From assembly GCA_021779915.1 (NCBI GenBank), contig JAJXZR010000029.1:12495-76494 (forward strand): 64,000 nt of DNA, in the 5' to 3' direction. Origin of the DNA: a bacterium. Its GTDB lineage: Bacteria > Patescibacteriota > Minisyncoccia > CAIUEV01. This document shows positions 18,827 through 27,894 of this stretch, in pieces. A program made the position numbers and the translations under genes. Each line of letters opens with the position of its first letter. Within the stretch, counting starts at the first letter, position 1. Under the pieces are notes generated by a model that had not been told where the DNA came from, did no database searches, and saw only the letters and a list, made by a program, of their open reading frames with translations.

Positions 18827-20276
18827 CGCTTAGATATTGTTTAGAAAATATTTGCTTGATTTCGGAAATTTTAATTCCCGAAGTAAGAAACAATAGGCCT
18901 ATATAAATTCCTGAGCTTATAAGTCCTTTTATAACAAGACCGGTCCAAAGAGAGAAAGATAAGCCATTAAGAAGGTATAATGCAATAATCATTCCTAATG
19001 ACGACACTAATAGTGATAGGACTGGGAGTGGCTTCCAGCCCTTGCCCCGCCCAATACCCCATTTTCTACTGACAAGGAAAACCACAAAAGTTACCAAGGC
19101 TTCAGAAATAGTTGATATCACAGCTGCTGCCATAAAAGAGTAATAAGGAATAAAAATTACATTAAGGACGATATTAAGAAAAGCCACTCCTGAAAGAATA
19201 AGCAACAGCAATCTTTGTTTATTAACAACGATCAGAATACTGTTGAAAAAATGAGCCAAAAAAATAGCTCCAAGCGCAGGGGCTAAGATTTTCATTACTA
19301 GTGTCGACTCCTCAAAGCCTTTTCCAGCAATTATTCTTACTACTTCTCCTGATAGGAAAAAAATTAGAATAGTAATGGGTAGAGTAACGACCCATAGAGT
19401 TTTTAAAATCTGACTGGCAATCCTAAGAAATTTCTTGGGATATTTGAAAATATTATAGGAAAAAACCGGCATAACAAGACCCATAAACATGAAGGGGAAA
19501 TAAATCAAACTCTCTATCACCTTGTAGGCAGCTCCATAAATTCCTACGTCATGGCTAGTTTTATAGTGAGAAAGCAATAATATATCGGCTTTGAAATATA
19601 AAAAATTGACAATGGCGGCGAGTCCAAGAGGAAGAGATTCTTTGAGAAAATATTTCCAATATTTTTTATCAATCGAGAAAGTGGGTCTGATATATTTTCC
19701 AGCTAAATTCCAAGAAGCAAGAAAAATAAAGAGGTAACTCGAGGCAGTGGCGGCAACAACTCCACCTACGCCCAAATTGTAACGAACTGCCAAAAAAGTC
19801 AAACCTACCTGAAGAATTCTACCAGTAAGCTCTCTCCAAGCCAAACGGTTCATTACCAGTCTCTTCTGAAAAATGCTGTTTAGAGTTTGGGAAAGAGAGG
19901 TAAAAACAAGAGCTATACACATAATCCAGATGCCTTGTTTGATTGATGGGGCATAGTTTAAGAAAAACACACAGACAGCGCCTATAAAAGCAACAACGGA
20001 AGAAACTGTCAATTGAAGTCCTAAAATATTTGCCACAATATTTTTTTCATCTGCATCGGGTCGAGAGATTTCTCGGGTAAGAATTTGGGTAATCCCAAAA
20101 TCAGAAAGCGCCGTGATAAGGAAATAAAAGGCGATAACCGTTGAATAATCGCCATATCCTCCCGTTCCCAAATAGCGGGTCATAAGGCCTACCGTTATGA
20201 GAGCTAAAGCCAAGCTCAAAACTCGAGTAGTGGCTGCAATTATTGAATTGTGGGCAATGCGAGAAGCAAGAGACAT
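18807..20276 (-). CDS. polysaccharide/lipid-linked oligosaccharide flippase (MOP superfamily, Wzx/MurJ-like)
   Basis: 489 aa with about 14 TM segments and a MOP-family N-terminus. Confidence 0.6.
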   Translation of the reverse strand: MSLASRIAHNSIIAATTRVLSLALALITVGLMTRYLGTGGYGDYSTVIAFYFLITALSDFGITQILTREISRPDADEKNIVANILGLQLTVSSVVAFIGAVCVFFLNYAPSIKQGIWIMCIALVFTSLSQTLNSIFQKRLVMNRLAWRELTGRILQVGLTFLAVRYNLGVGGVVAATASSYLFIFLASWNLAGKYIRPTFSIDKKYWKYFLKESLPLGLAAIVNFLYFKADILLLSHYKTSHDVGIYGAAYKVIESLIYFPFMFMGLVMPVFSYNIFKYPKKFLRIASQILKTLWVVTLPITILIFFLSGEVVRIIAGKGFEESTLVMKILAPALGAIFLAHFFNSILIVVNKQRLLLLILSGVAFLNIVLNVIFIPYYSFMAAAVISTISEALVTFVVFLVSRKWGIGRGKGWKPLPVLSLLVSSLGMIIALYLLNGLSFSLWTGLVIKGLISSGIYIGLLFLTSGIKISEIKQIFSKQYLSDERLSL

Positions 20277-20462
20277 AGGAGGGATGTAGAATTATTTAAT
20301 AATTTTCAATTTCACAATATTTTAATGTTATAGACTAAATTTTTCTTTTTACAATCACTTTTATTAGTGTAGAATTGTTTGAGAAATTAAAAAACTAAAT
20401 CTCTTGGAACTTGTTTGAAAATTGTGAATTAAAAATTTTAATTCGTATTTAACTTAAAAACA

Positions 20463-20750
20463 ATGAAAAATATATTTTCTGACCAAAAAGACAATATTGA
20501 GAATAATATTGATGACTACGAAAAGGATATTCCAAAAGATGGTTTAGCGCAAAAAAGAAAAATATTGGATGCAATTGAAGAAGCCCCCAAGCCCTTTTTG
20601 AATCTCGAGGAAAAAGATTTAGGAGAATTGAAAAAATCCCAGGTGGATTATAAAACTCTCGTTGCTAATAGAAACCAGGGGGAATTTAGCAACGGAAACA
20701 GTGTAAAAGTAGATAATTTTTCTGGTTTAAGGAATAAACCGAGGTACTGA
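20463..20750 (+). CDS. hypothetical protein
   Basis: 95 aa acidic ORF; the stop codon is followed directly by repeat H3. Confidence 0.3.
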   Translation: MKNIFSDQKDNIENNIDDYEKDIPKDGLAQKRKILDAIEEAPKPFLNLEEKDLGELKKSQVDYKTLVANRNQGEFSNGNSVKVDNFSGLRNKPRY

Positions 20751-20754
20751 GTGT

Positions 20755-21005
20755 GTGTCATTCTCGGCGTGTCGACCGGGAATCCAGGAGGATAGTATTG
20801 GTCTAACAAAATTCCAAATTCCAAGAAACAAATTACCCACCTACCGGTAGGCAGGCAAACAAGATACGATTTTCCAAATTAAAAATTAAAAACATTATTT
20901 TTTTATTTTAAATTTGTGATTTTGAATTTGTTTGGAACTTGTTTCTTGCTTCTTGGAATTTTATGGTCTTACTTACATAGATCCTCGCTTTCGCAAGGAT
21001 GACAC
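20755..21005. repeat. MITE-like palindromic element, hairpin-TIR family with internal arms (H3), inverted relative to H2
   Basis: GTGTCATTCTCGGCGTGTCGACCGGGAATCCAGG ... GGATCCTCGCTTTCGCAAGGATGACAC; internal ttacccacctaccggtaggcaggcaaacaag. Confidence 0.75.
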
Positions 21006-21044
21006 GGAGGCAGGAACTTAAAACTAACAAATTAATCTACCTCT

Positions 21045-22391
21045 TTGCAAAAATTCAAACAAATTCTATTTTTTCTAACTATCTTATCTCTTCCCATTGA
21101 GCTGGCTTTTGTTAAAATTGGTGGTAGGGATATTAAATTCTGGTTTATTTTTGCCGTTTTGGGGGGTGTTGTTGTTTTGGCGGATTGGTGGAAGAAGGGA
21201 ATAAAAGAAATAACCAGTTTGAAAAGTTTTTATCTGGGAATTGCTACGATATTTTTTTCTTGCATTGCCCTGGTCGATTCGCCTGTTAAATCTTTCTCGA
21301 TCCAGCAACTGGTAATTCTTATCTCGCTGATTACGCTGGCTATGTTTGTTGAAAAATATTCCAAGAGATGCAAAAAAAAAATTCCCTCAGGACTTGCCAT
21401 TGGCATGATCTTAAGCTCAATTCTGGCTATTTGGCAAAACATTGCTTTTAATCTAGGAAATCAAAGTCTTGAGATTATGGCGGCAAGACCCAATGCGCTT
21501 TTTCCGGAACCCGATTGGCTAGGGTTTTATTTGTCTTTAGGGCTGGTGTTCTTCGTTGTTTCAACAAGAAATAAACAGTTACCGGAATTTTTAAAAAACA
21601 AATTTTCTTTGAGCATTTTTTGGCTGTTAAATATTACGGCACTTATCATTACAGTCGCTAGAGCGAGTTGGTTGGCTTTTATTTTGGAAGCTGGCGTCAC
21701 ATCCTTGCTATTAGCCACTTCTCTTTACCTTAGAAAAAAAGATTTAAAAGAAGCTCTAACTGCCTTTTTAAAAAAAGGGGGGGCTTTTGTTGCTCTGATT
21801 TTAATTTCTATTGCCATTATCCAAATCTTCCAATTAACGCGCTTCAATCTTTTTGATCGAATGAGAAGTATTTTTTTTAAACAACATATTGTCACTATGG
21901 CTTATAATCCGATTACGAAAGAGAGCTTAAAAATAAATTTGGAAGAAAAAGAGACTTACATTCAAAAAGGATTTGAAATTAAAGATGCTTATGTGCCCGA
22001 TGAAAATGTTATAAGTCGAGAAGATAAGGCAGTAAGTGCGTGGGACATTATCAAGAAGCATCCGATCCTAGGAAACGGATTGGGAATTATTCTCATTGAA
22101 ACCAACTATCAACACAACGCCAATAATCTCTTTCTTGAATGGTGGGCAAGCGCCGGTATTGGAGGGTTGATGGCAATTACCGGAACCCTTGTTTATTTTA
22201 TTGTCAAAGGATTGACTTTTATTAAAAATGAGAAGCGAAAATCCATTCTGCTAATTGCCGGAACCTTGGGATTTATCGCACTCAATCTCTTTAACGCTTC
22301 GATACTCCTCGCTTTTGCATGGTTTTTTCTAGGATATCTTTTTTCGCTTACCCACGTGTCATCCCGGCCTCCGAGCCGGGATCCAGGATGA
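21045..22391 (+). CDS. O-antigen ligase/polymerase-like integral membrane protein
   Basis: polytopic protein with a Wzy_C-like loop (TVARASWLAF) and a periplasmic insert; the C-terminal 11 aa and the stop codon lie inside repeat H5. Confidence 0.4.
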   Translation: MQKFKQILFFLTILSLPIELAFVKIGGRDIKFWFIFAVLGGVVVLADWWKKGIKEITSLKSFYLGIATIFFSCIALVDSPVKSFSIQQLVILISLITLAMFVEKYSKRCKKKIPSGLAIGMILSSILAIWQNIAFNLGNQSLEIMAARPNALFPEPDWLGFYLSLGLVFFVVSTRNKQLPEFLKNKFSLSIFWLLNITALIITVARASWLAFILEAGVTSLLLATSLYLRKKDLKEALTAFLKKGGAFVALILISIAIIQIFQLTRFNLFDRMRSIFFKQHIVTMAYNPITKESLKINLEEKETYIQKGFEIKDAYVPDENVISREDKAVSAWDIIKKHPILGNGLGIILIETNYQHNANNLFLEWWASAGIGGLMAITGTLVYFIVKGLTFIKNEKRKSILLIAGTLGFIALNLFNASILLAFAWFFLGYLFSLTHVSSRPPSRDPG

Positions 22392-22394
22392 CAC
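22356..22394. repeat. solo hairpin unit of the GTGTCATCC family (H5) overlapping the 3' end of the upstream CDS
   Basis: GTGTCATCCCGGCCTCCGAGCCGGGATCCAGGATGACAC. Confidence 0.7.
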
Positions 22395-22511
22395 CTTCAA
22401 TAATGATTTTGGACCCTTAACTTATTTACAGGGATTTGCAAATTTTCTCTTTTTAATTTTTTCATTTACAATACATCTCCCAAATAAAAAAATAATTTTT
22501 AAACAAAAAAT

Positions 22512-22703
22512 ATGACGAGAAACAAAAACCAAAAGAACCAGGAGCTCGTTAGCGCTTGCCCCCATTGCGGTTCTGACAATGTTTACGCCATTACAAGAGT
22601 TACGGGGTATTTCTCCAAAACTTCCATGTGGAACAAAGGAAAAATCGCCGAACTTAAGGACAGAGAAAGAGCTCTTAACAAGAAGTATTTTTCAAATGCT
22701 TAA
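22512..22703 (+). CDS. mini zinc-ribbon protein resembling the C-terminal glycyl-radical region of anaerobic ribonucleotide reductase NrdD
   Basis: CPHCGS ... TRVTGYFSKTSMWNKGKIAELKDRE resembles the class III RNR C-terminus (CxxC, RVxGY, WNxGKxxExxxR). Confidence 0.4.
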   Translation: MTRNKNQKNQELVSACPHCGSDNVYAITRVTGYFSKTSMWNKGKIAELKDRERALNKKYFSNA

Positions 22704-22711
22704 ATTTCTCT

Positions 22712-23263
22712 ATGAGTTTTGATAAGGGAAAACTTTTCATTATTACCGGAGCAGACGGATCCGGAAAAACGAAGGTGATTGAAGATCTGGAAAAGATTAA
22801 GTCTTTTTATTTGGTAAATTACATTACCACTGCTTCTCAAAGCGAAAAAGGAGTAGTTCCGGTCAGTTGGGATAATTTTCAATCATTCGCAGAGAACGAC
22901 GGTTTTGTTCTTTCTTTCAAAAAAAGAAATGCGATGACAGGAGTCACTCATGAGGAGATTAAAAAGGCCGAAGCAAGCGGTCAACCGATCGTTTGGGAGA
23001 TTGATATCCAGTGGATTGAAGATATTAGAAACGAACATCCGGAAGCGACTACAATTCTCGTAAATGGACTGGACGCCGAAGGATTTTATCAGCACTATGA
23101 AAGCAAAGGGAGCGCCGTACCCACTCTTACGGCAATCAAAGCTCAAAGAGCTGAGCATCTGCACGAATGGGGCAGAGGACAAGTAGATTACATCGTAGAA
23201 AATAAATTTGGAGAAAGCGCCAAAGCAGCAGAAGAAGTGAAAAAGATAATGGAAGGAGGATAA
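22712..23263 (+). CDS. guanylate kinase-like P-loop nucleotide kinase
   Basis: GADGSGKT P-loop and a C-terminal VDYIVENKF...EEVKKIM segment like Gmk. Confidence 0.45.
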   Translation: MSFDKGKLFIITGADGSGKTKVIEDLEKIKSFYLVNYITTASQSEKGVVPVSWDNFQSFAENDGFVLSFKKRNAMTGVTHEEIKKAEASGQPIVWEIDIQWIEDIRNEHPEATTILVNGLDAEGFYQHYESKGSAVPTLTAIKAQRAEHLHEWGRGQVDYIVENKFGESAKAAEEVKKIMEGG

Positions 23264-23392
23264 AAAATGACGAATGACAAATGTCGAATGACGAATTAAT
23301 GGCAAAATCCAAATATCAAAAAATTTTGTCATTTGGTATTTGAAATTTATCGTTTTATTAGAAATTAGGTGAATTAGGTTAATTAGAAATTT
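23264..23392. repeat. TGACGAA-heptad element (T2) with an ATTAGAAATTAGGTGAATTAG right terminus
   Basis: aatgacgaatgacaaatgtcgaatgacgaatt ... ttttgtcatttgg ... ttagaaattaggtgaattaggttaattagaa. Confidence 0.6.
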
Positions 23393-23396
23393 TATA

Positions 23397-24254
23397 ATGT
23401 CTTCTCTCTCCTCCGATCTCTCAGACTCTCTCTCAAAAAACAATATCTTCCCCAATAAAAAATTAGGTCAGTGTTTTCTTGTTTCAAAAAAAGCTTTGGA
23501 GCAAATTATAAAAGCTTCCAAAATAAAAAAAGGTGAAAAAATACTGGAAATTGGTCCGGGAACAGGAATTTTGACTAGAGAATTATTAAATCGGGGAGCC
23601 AAGGTTGTTGCAGTTGAAAAAGACAAGCGCCTTTTTGAAATAATTAGGGATAACTTTCAAAAAGAAATTAAGGAGGCAAGGCTAACCCTTATAAAAGGAG
23701 ACTTTCTGAATTTAAATTTCCCTCGATTTTTAAAAGATTTGAATTTTAAAGAAAAAGAATACAAAGTTGTTTCCAATTTGCCCTACCAAATCACTTCTCC
23801 TGTTCTCAAAGTTTTATTAGAAGAAAATTTTCTTCCTAAAGACATCATTATTACCATTCAAAAAGAGGTTGCGATGAGAATTTGTGCTGGTAAAGGAGAG
23901 CTTGGTTCTTTGAGCGTAATGGTTCAATCCTGCTCAAAAGGATGTAACATAGTGAACAAATTTCCTCCATCATATTTTAAACCTCAGCCAGAGGTTGATT
24001 CTGCCTTGATCAAAATTGAAGGGCTGGACTATCCTAAGGGAATTGATATTAATTTTCTGAGAAATCTTCTCCGAATTGGGTTTTCTTCTAAAAGAAAAAA
24101 ATTAGCAAAGAATTTTAAAAATGTTTTTCCTAAAGAACAAATCGATATTATTTGGGAAGAGTTAAATATACCGGAGAATGTTAGAGCGGAGGATTTAGTA
24201 GTAGAGAAATGGGGGGAAATCGCAAGGAAGATCAAAACTTGGAGTACAAATTAA
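23397..24254 (+). CDS. rsmA: 16S rRNA (adenine1518-N6/adenine1519-N6)-dimethyltransferase
   Basis: GQ.FL motif, SAM-binding LEIGPGTG, 285 aa. Confidence 0.85.
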   Translation: MSSLSSDLSDSLSKNNIFPNKKLGQCFLVSKKALEQIIKASKIKKGEKILEIGPGTGILTRELLNRGAKVVAVEKDKRLFEIIRDNFQKEIKEARLTLIKGDFLNLNFPRFLKDLNFKEKEYKVVSNLPYQITSPVLKVLLEENFLPKDIIITIQKEVAMRICAGKGELGSLSVMVQSCSKGCNIVNKFPPSYFKPQPEVDSALIKIEGLDYPKGIDINFLRNLLRIGFSSKRKKLAKNFKNVFPKEQIDIIWEELNIPENVRAEDLVVEKWGEIARKIKTWSTN

Positions 24255-24344
24255 AAGATATATTTAATAAAGACTAATCCAGCTATTTTTGAGCGAGTAA
24301 TGGGAGTCGACCCCGTCTTTTAGCCTTGCTTGCCCACCGAAATG

Positions 24345-24416
24345 AGCGGTAGACCGGGATCGAACCGGCGATCTTCTGCTTGGGAAGCAGACGTTCTACC
24401 ACTGAACTACTACCGC
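24345..24416 (-). tRNA. tRNA-Gly (anticodon CCC)
   Basis: rc is GCGGTAGTAGTTCAGTGGTAGAAC...TCTGC-TTCCCAA-GCAGA...GGTTCGATCCCGGTCTACCGCT; anticodon loop tTCCCAa. Confidence 0.8.
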
Positions 24417-24507
24417 ATAATTTAGGCGTGGGAAGGTCATGCAATACCGATATACGATACCCGCATATTTTTAATGGTAGAAATTATTTTTAGAATAGTC
24501 CAGACAA

Positions 24508-24575
24508 TTAAGAGTTAAAAGTTAAAAATGCAAAGTTCAAAGGAACAATTAACTTTTAATTGTCAATTGTTCGTG
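24508..24575. repeat. copy of the GCAAARTTCAAAGGAACA palindromic module (F2) upstream of the fused pilB
   Basis: agagttaaaagttaaaaatgcaaagttcaaaggaacaattaacttttaattgtcaattg. Confidence 0.45.
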
Positions 24576-24623
24576 CTATAATTTTCTCATCTTTTAAATT
24601 GTCAATAAAAAAACAAATAATCA

Positions 24624-27600
24624 ATGTCTCTTTCGAAAAAAGTTAGTGGCGGAAAACAGCAAGATTTTGAGGAAATTGCCCTTCGTGATACAACCAGAAG
24701 ATTAAGCAGGGCTTCAGAAGAGGAACAGGCTGCCATTCGAGCGGCTGGGTCCGGTCTTCCTTACCTTGATCTCAATATTTTTCCCGTAGGGGCGGAAACT
24801 TTAAGCATTCTTCCCGAAGAAGTGGCTCGACTAGGAGAAATTACCGTTATCCAGAAAGCGGGACGAGAAATTAAGGTAGGAGTTTTTGACCCCAACAACA
24901 AAACCACTCAAGAAGTTTTGGAAAAGTTGGAAAAAGACGAAGGATATCGTATTAAACTTTACATCGTTTCCAGAACCAGTCTTAAAAGAACTTGGGATAG
25001 ATATAAGCACATTAATCTAGCTTCTTCCCTGGAAGATATGATGCTGACACTTTCTGGCAAGGATTTAGAAAAATTTGAGAACGACATTAAAGAGCTTGTT
25101 GACCTAAAGAAAAGAATCCGGGAACTTCCAACCACCGAAGTATTAAACGTCATTATCGCCGGTGCAATCAAGATGGATGCTAGCGATATCCACACCGAAC
25201 CTCAAAAAGATGATGTTCGCATCCGTTATCGTCTGGATGGAGTTTTGCATGACATTGTCCATATTCCTTACAATTACTACCCTTACGTCCTTTCTCGAGT
25301 GAAAATGCTTTCTGGACTCAAACTCAATATCAAAGACCGTTCACAAGACGGACGTTTTTCCATCAAAACTAACAAGTACGAGATTGACGTTCGTATTTCA
25401 ATCCTTCCGGGAAATTATGGAGAAAACATAGTAATGAGGCTTCTCAACCAAAACGAAACTGGATTCACTTTGGAAGATTTAGGTCTTCGCGGAAGAGCCG
25501 CTGAACAACTGGCTATTCAAATGGCCAAACCTAACGGAATGATTCTTAATACCGGACCTACCGGTTCTGGAAAAACCACCACTCTTTATGCTTGTATCCG
25601 CAAATTGAATTCTCCCGACACAAAAATAATCACTATTGAAGACCCGATAGAATATCGTTTGGCAGGTGTATCCCAAACTCAAGTTCACAAGGAAAGAGGA
25701 TATGATTTTGCTAATGGTCTTCGAGCGATTGTTAGACAAGACCCTGATGTAATTTTGGTTGGGGAAATCAGAGACGAAGAAACGGGAGATATTGCAGTCC
25801 ACGCCTCTTTAACGGGACATCTGGTGCTTTCCACCCTTCACACTAACAGCGCCGCCGGAGCTATTCCTCGTTTGATTGATTTGGGAATCCGGCCTTCTCT
25901 TATCACTCCTTCGATTAATTGTATTATTGCTCAAAGGCTAGTTCGAAAACTTTGTCCTTTTTGCCGGGAAGAATATGTTCCTGCTCAGGAGACTTTAGAA
26001 AGCATGAGTCGCTTCTTGTCGATTATTTCCCCTAAAGCGCGAGTAGAAGTTCCGAAAAATATCACCACTCTTTATCGGGCAACGGGCTGTCCAAAATGCC
26101 ACGGATTGGGATATAAAGGCAGAATCGGAATATTTGAAATTTTTGAAGTCACTCCTTCTATTGAGAAACTAGTTCTAGAAATGGCTCCTGCTTCCGATCT
26201 TTTGGCTGCTTCTATGGAAGAAGGGATGGTAACAATGCTTCAAGACGGAATCCTTAAGGCCGCCGAAGGAATGACTTCGATGGAAGAGGTTGAAAGAGTG
26301 ACGGGATCCGGCCAATACCTGCAAGAAATTTACGAAAAAATTATGGTGCAACTTCTTTCACTCCAGCTAAAAATCACCGCAAAGCAAGGCGAAGAAGTGG
26401 TTGGTTGCGGATATGAAGCAAAAAATATCGCTGACTACATTCAAAAAGCATCAAATAAAGATATTCTTAATTATATTGTGGCTGGAGGGCTTTCTTTCGA
26501 TGCGGGAGATATCCACATGGAACCGCAAGGAGATAGAATAAAAATCCGCTATCGGATTGACGGTATTTTGGAAGATATTACTGATATAAAGGCAAGCGAC
26601 TATTTGCCGGTTCTTTCTCAAATAAAACTACTGGCCGGACTCAAAACCGATTCCCACGCTGCCGTTCAAGACAGTCGTTTTGGGATCAGTCTCGAAACAC
26701 CGATCCGCGACATCCCTAATAAACAAATAGACGTGAGAGTTTCCATTATTACTGGAGGGTATGGAGAAACAGTGGTGATGAGACTTTTGCATAAATCAGC
26801 TCAAGCCCTGGAAGTAGAAAAAATCGGTTTCCGACCACAACTACTGGACAAACTATTACGCGAAATTGAAAAACCCAACGGAATGATTCTTAACACAGGA
26901 CCAACCGGTTCTGGAAAAACTACCACTTTGTACTCTCTTCTTAATCGATTGAATAAACCCGAAGTTAAAATCATCACTGTGGAAGACCCAATTGAGTATC
27001 GCTTGGCGGGAATATTGCAAACTCAGGTTTCAGTTGATGAAGGATACAATTTTGCCGACGCTCTGCGAGCGCTCCTTCGCCAAAATCCGGATATTATGAT
27101 GATTGGGGAAATTAGAGATGAAGAAACGGGAAAAATTTCTATCCAAGCCTCTTTGACAGGGCACTTGGTACTTTCCACTTTGCATACCAACAATGCCGTA
27201 GCTTCTATCCAACGTATGATCAATATGAACATCGACCCCACTGACATCGCCACCGCTACCAACGCCATGATGGCTCAAAGATTGGTCAGAAAGCTTTGTC
27301 CTGTTTGCAAAAAGAAAGTTCCTATTACTCCCGATAACAAAAAAAGATTGGAAGAAATTATTGCCGGAATTCACCCCTCGACTGGAATTTCAATTCCAAG
27401 CAACACAGTTGACTTTCTATATGAACCAGTTGGCTGTTCAGAGTGTAAAAACATAGGTTTCAAGGGAAGATTTCCCGTCGCAGAACTAATGCTAATGACT
27501 CCGACTCTCGAAGAAATGGTAGCCCACTTTGCCATCACTTCTGAAATTGAAAAACAAGCCATCCAAGAAGGAATGCTCACTATGACCCAAGACGCAGCCC

Positions 27601-27659
27601 TCCGCATCGCCGACGGAGAAACCAGTCTGGCCGAAGCAGCGAGATTGACAGAGCTATAA
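24624..27659 (+). CDS. tandem-fused double GspE/PilB-family ATPase (T2SSE_N domain plus two complete ATPase cores)
   Basis: two Walker A motifs GPTGSGKTTTLY at about aa 312 and 754, two Walker B DPDxIxxGEIRDEET boxes, two His boxes GHLVLSTLHTN, two tetracysteine motifs. Confidence 0.8.
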   Translation: MSLSKKVSGGKQQDFEEIALRDTTRRLSRASEEEQAAIRAAGSGLPYLDLNIFPVGAETLSILPEEVARLGEITVIQKAGREIKVGVFDPNNKTTQEVLEKLEKDEGYRIKLYIVSRTSLKRTWDRYKHINLASSLEDMMLTLSGKDLEKFENDIKELVDLKKRIRELPTTEVLNVIIAGAIKMDASDIHTEPQKDDVRIRYRLDGVLHDIVHIPYNYYPYVLSRVKMLSGLKLNIKDRSQDGRFSIKTNKYEIDVRISILPGNYGENIVMRLLNQNETGFTLEDLGLRGRAAEQLAIQMAKPNGMILNTGPTGSGKTTTLYACIRKLNSPDTKIITIEDPIEYRLAGVSQTQVHKERGYDFANGLRAIVRQDPDVILVGEIRDEETGDIAVHASLTGHLVLSTLHTNSAAGAIPRLIDLGIRPSLITPSINCIIAQRLVRKLCPFCREEYVPAQETLESMSRFLSIISPKARVEVPKNITTLYRATGCPKCHGLGYKGRIGIFEIFEVTPSIEKLVLEMAPASDLLAASMEEGMVTMLQDGILKAAEGMTSMEEVERVTGSGQYLQEIYEKIMVQLLSLQLKITAKQGEEVVGCGYEAKNIADYIQKASNKDILNYIVAGGLSFDAGDIHMEPQGDRIKIRYRIDGILEDITDIKASDYLPVLSQIKLLAGLKTDSHAAVQDSRFGISLETPIRDIPNKQIDVRVSIITGGYGETVVMRLLHKSAQALEVEKIGFRPQLLDKLLREIEKPNGMILNTGPTGSGKTTTLYSLLNRLNKPEVKIITVEDPIEYRLAGILQTQVSVDEGYNFADALRALLRQNPDIMMIGEIRDEETGKISIQASLTGHLVLSTLHTNNAVASIQRMINMNIDPTDIATATNAMMAQRLVRKLCPVCKKKVPITPDNKKRLEEIIAGIHPSTGISIPSNTVDFLYEPVGCSECKNIGFKGRFPVAELMLMTPTLEEMVAHFAITSEIEKQAIQEGMLTMTQDAALRIADGETSLAEAARLTEL

Positions 27660-27702
27660 AATAATGTTGCAATTAACAGAACTAAGTAAAATGTTAAACC
27701 CC

Positions 27703-27844
27703 GTGTCATCCCGGGCTTGACCCGGGATCCAGTTAGACTAACAGAATGTTATTTTAACGTGTATTTGTAAAAAACTAAACAAAAGAACGTTTTGTTAGAC
27801 TAACACTATTTTCCTGGATCCCGGCTCAGAGGCCGGGATGACAC
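27703..27844. repeat. MITE-like element, hairpin-TIR family, short subtype (H6)
   Basis: GTGTCATCCCGGGCTTGACCCGGGATCCAG ... CTGGATCCCGGCTCAGAGGCCGGGATGACAC; internal ttagactaaca modules. Confidence 0.75.
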
Positions 27845-27894
27845 ATAACCCCAAGGGTTTCTTTTCTTAAAATATAAAAACTAATAAATAAAAA

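Noticed and set aside
24270-24345. GC-richer segment between rsmA and tRNA-Gly considered as an ncRNA
   Set aside because: No convincing extended secondary structure or known RNA motif could be built by eye. It may simply be the 3' trailer of tRNA-Gly.
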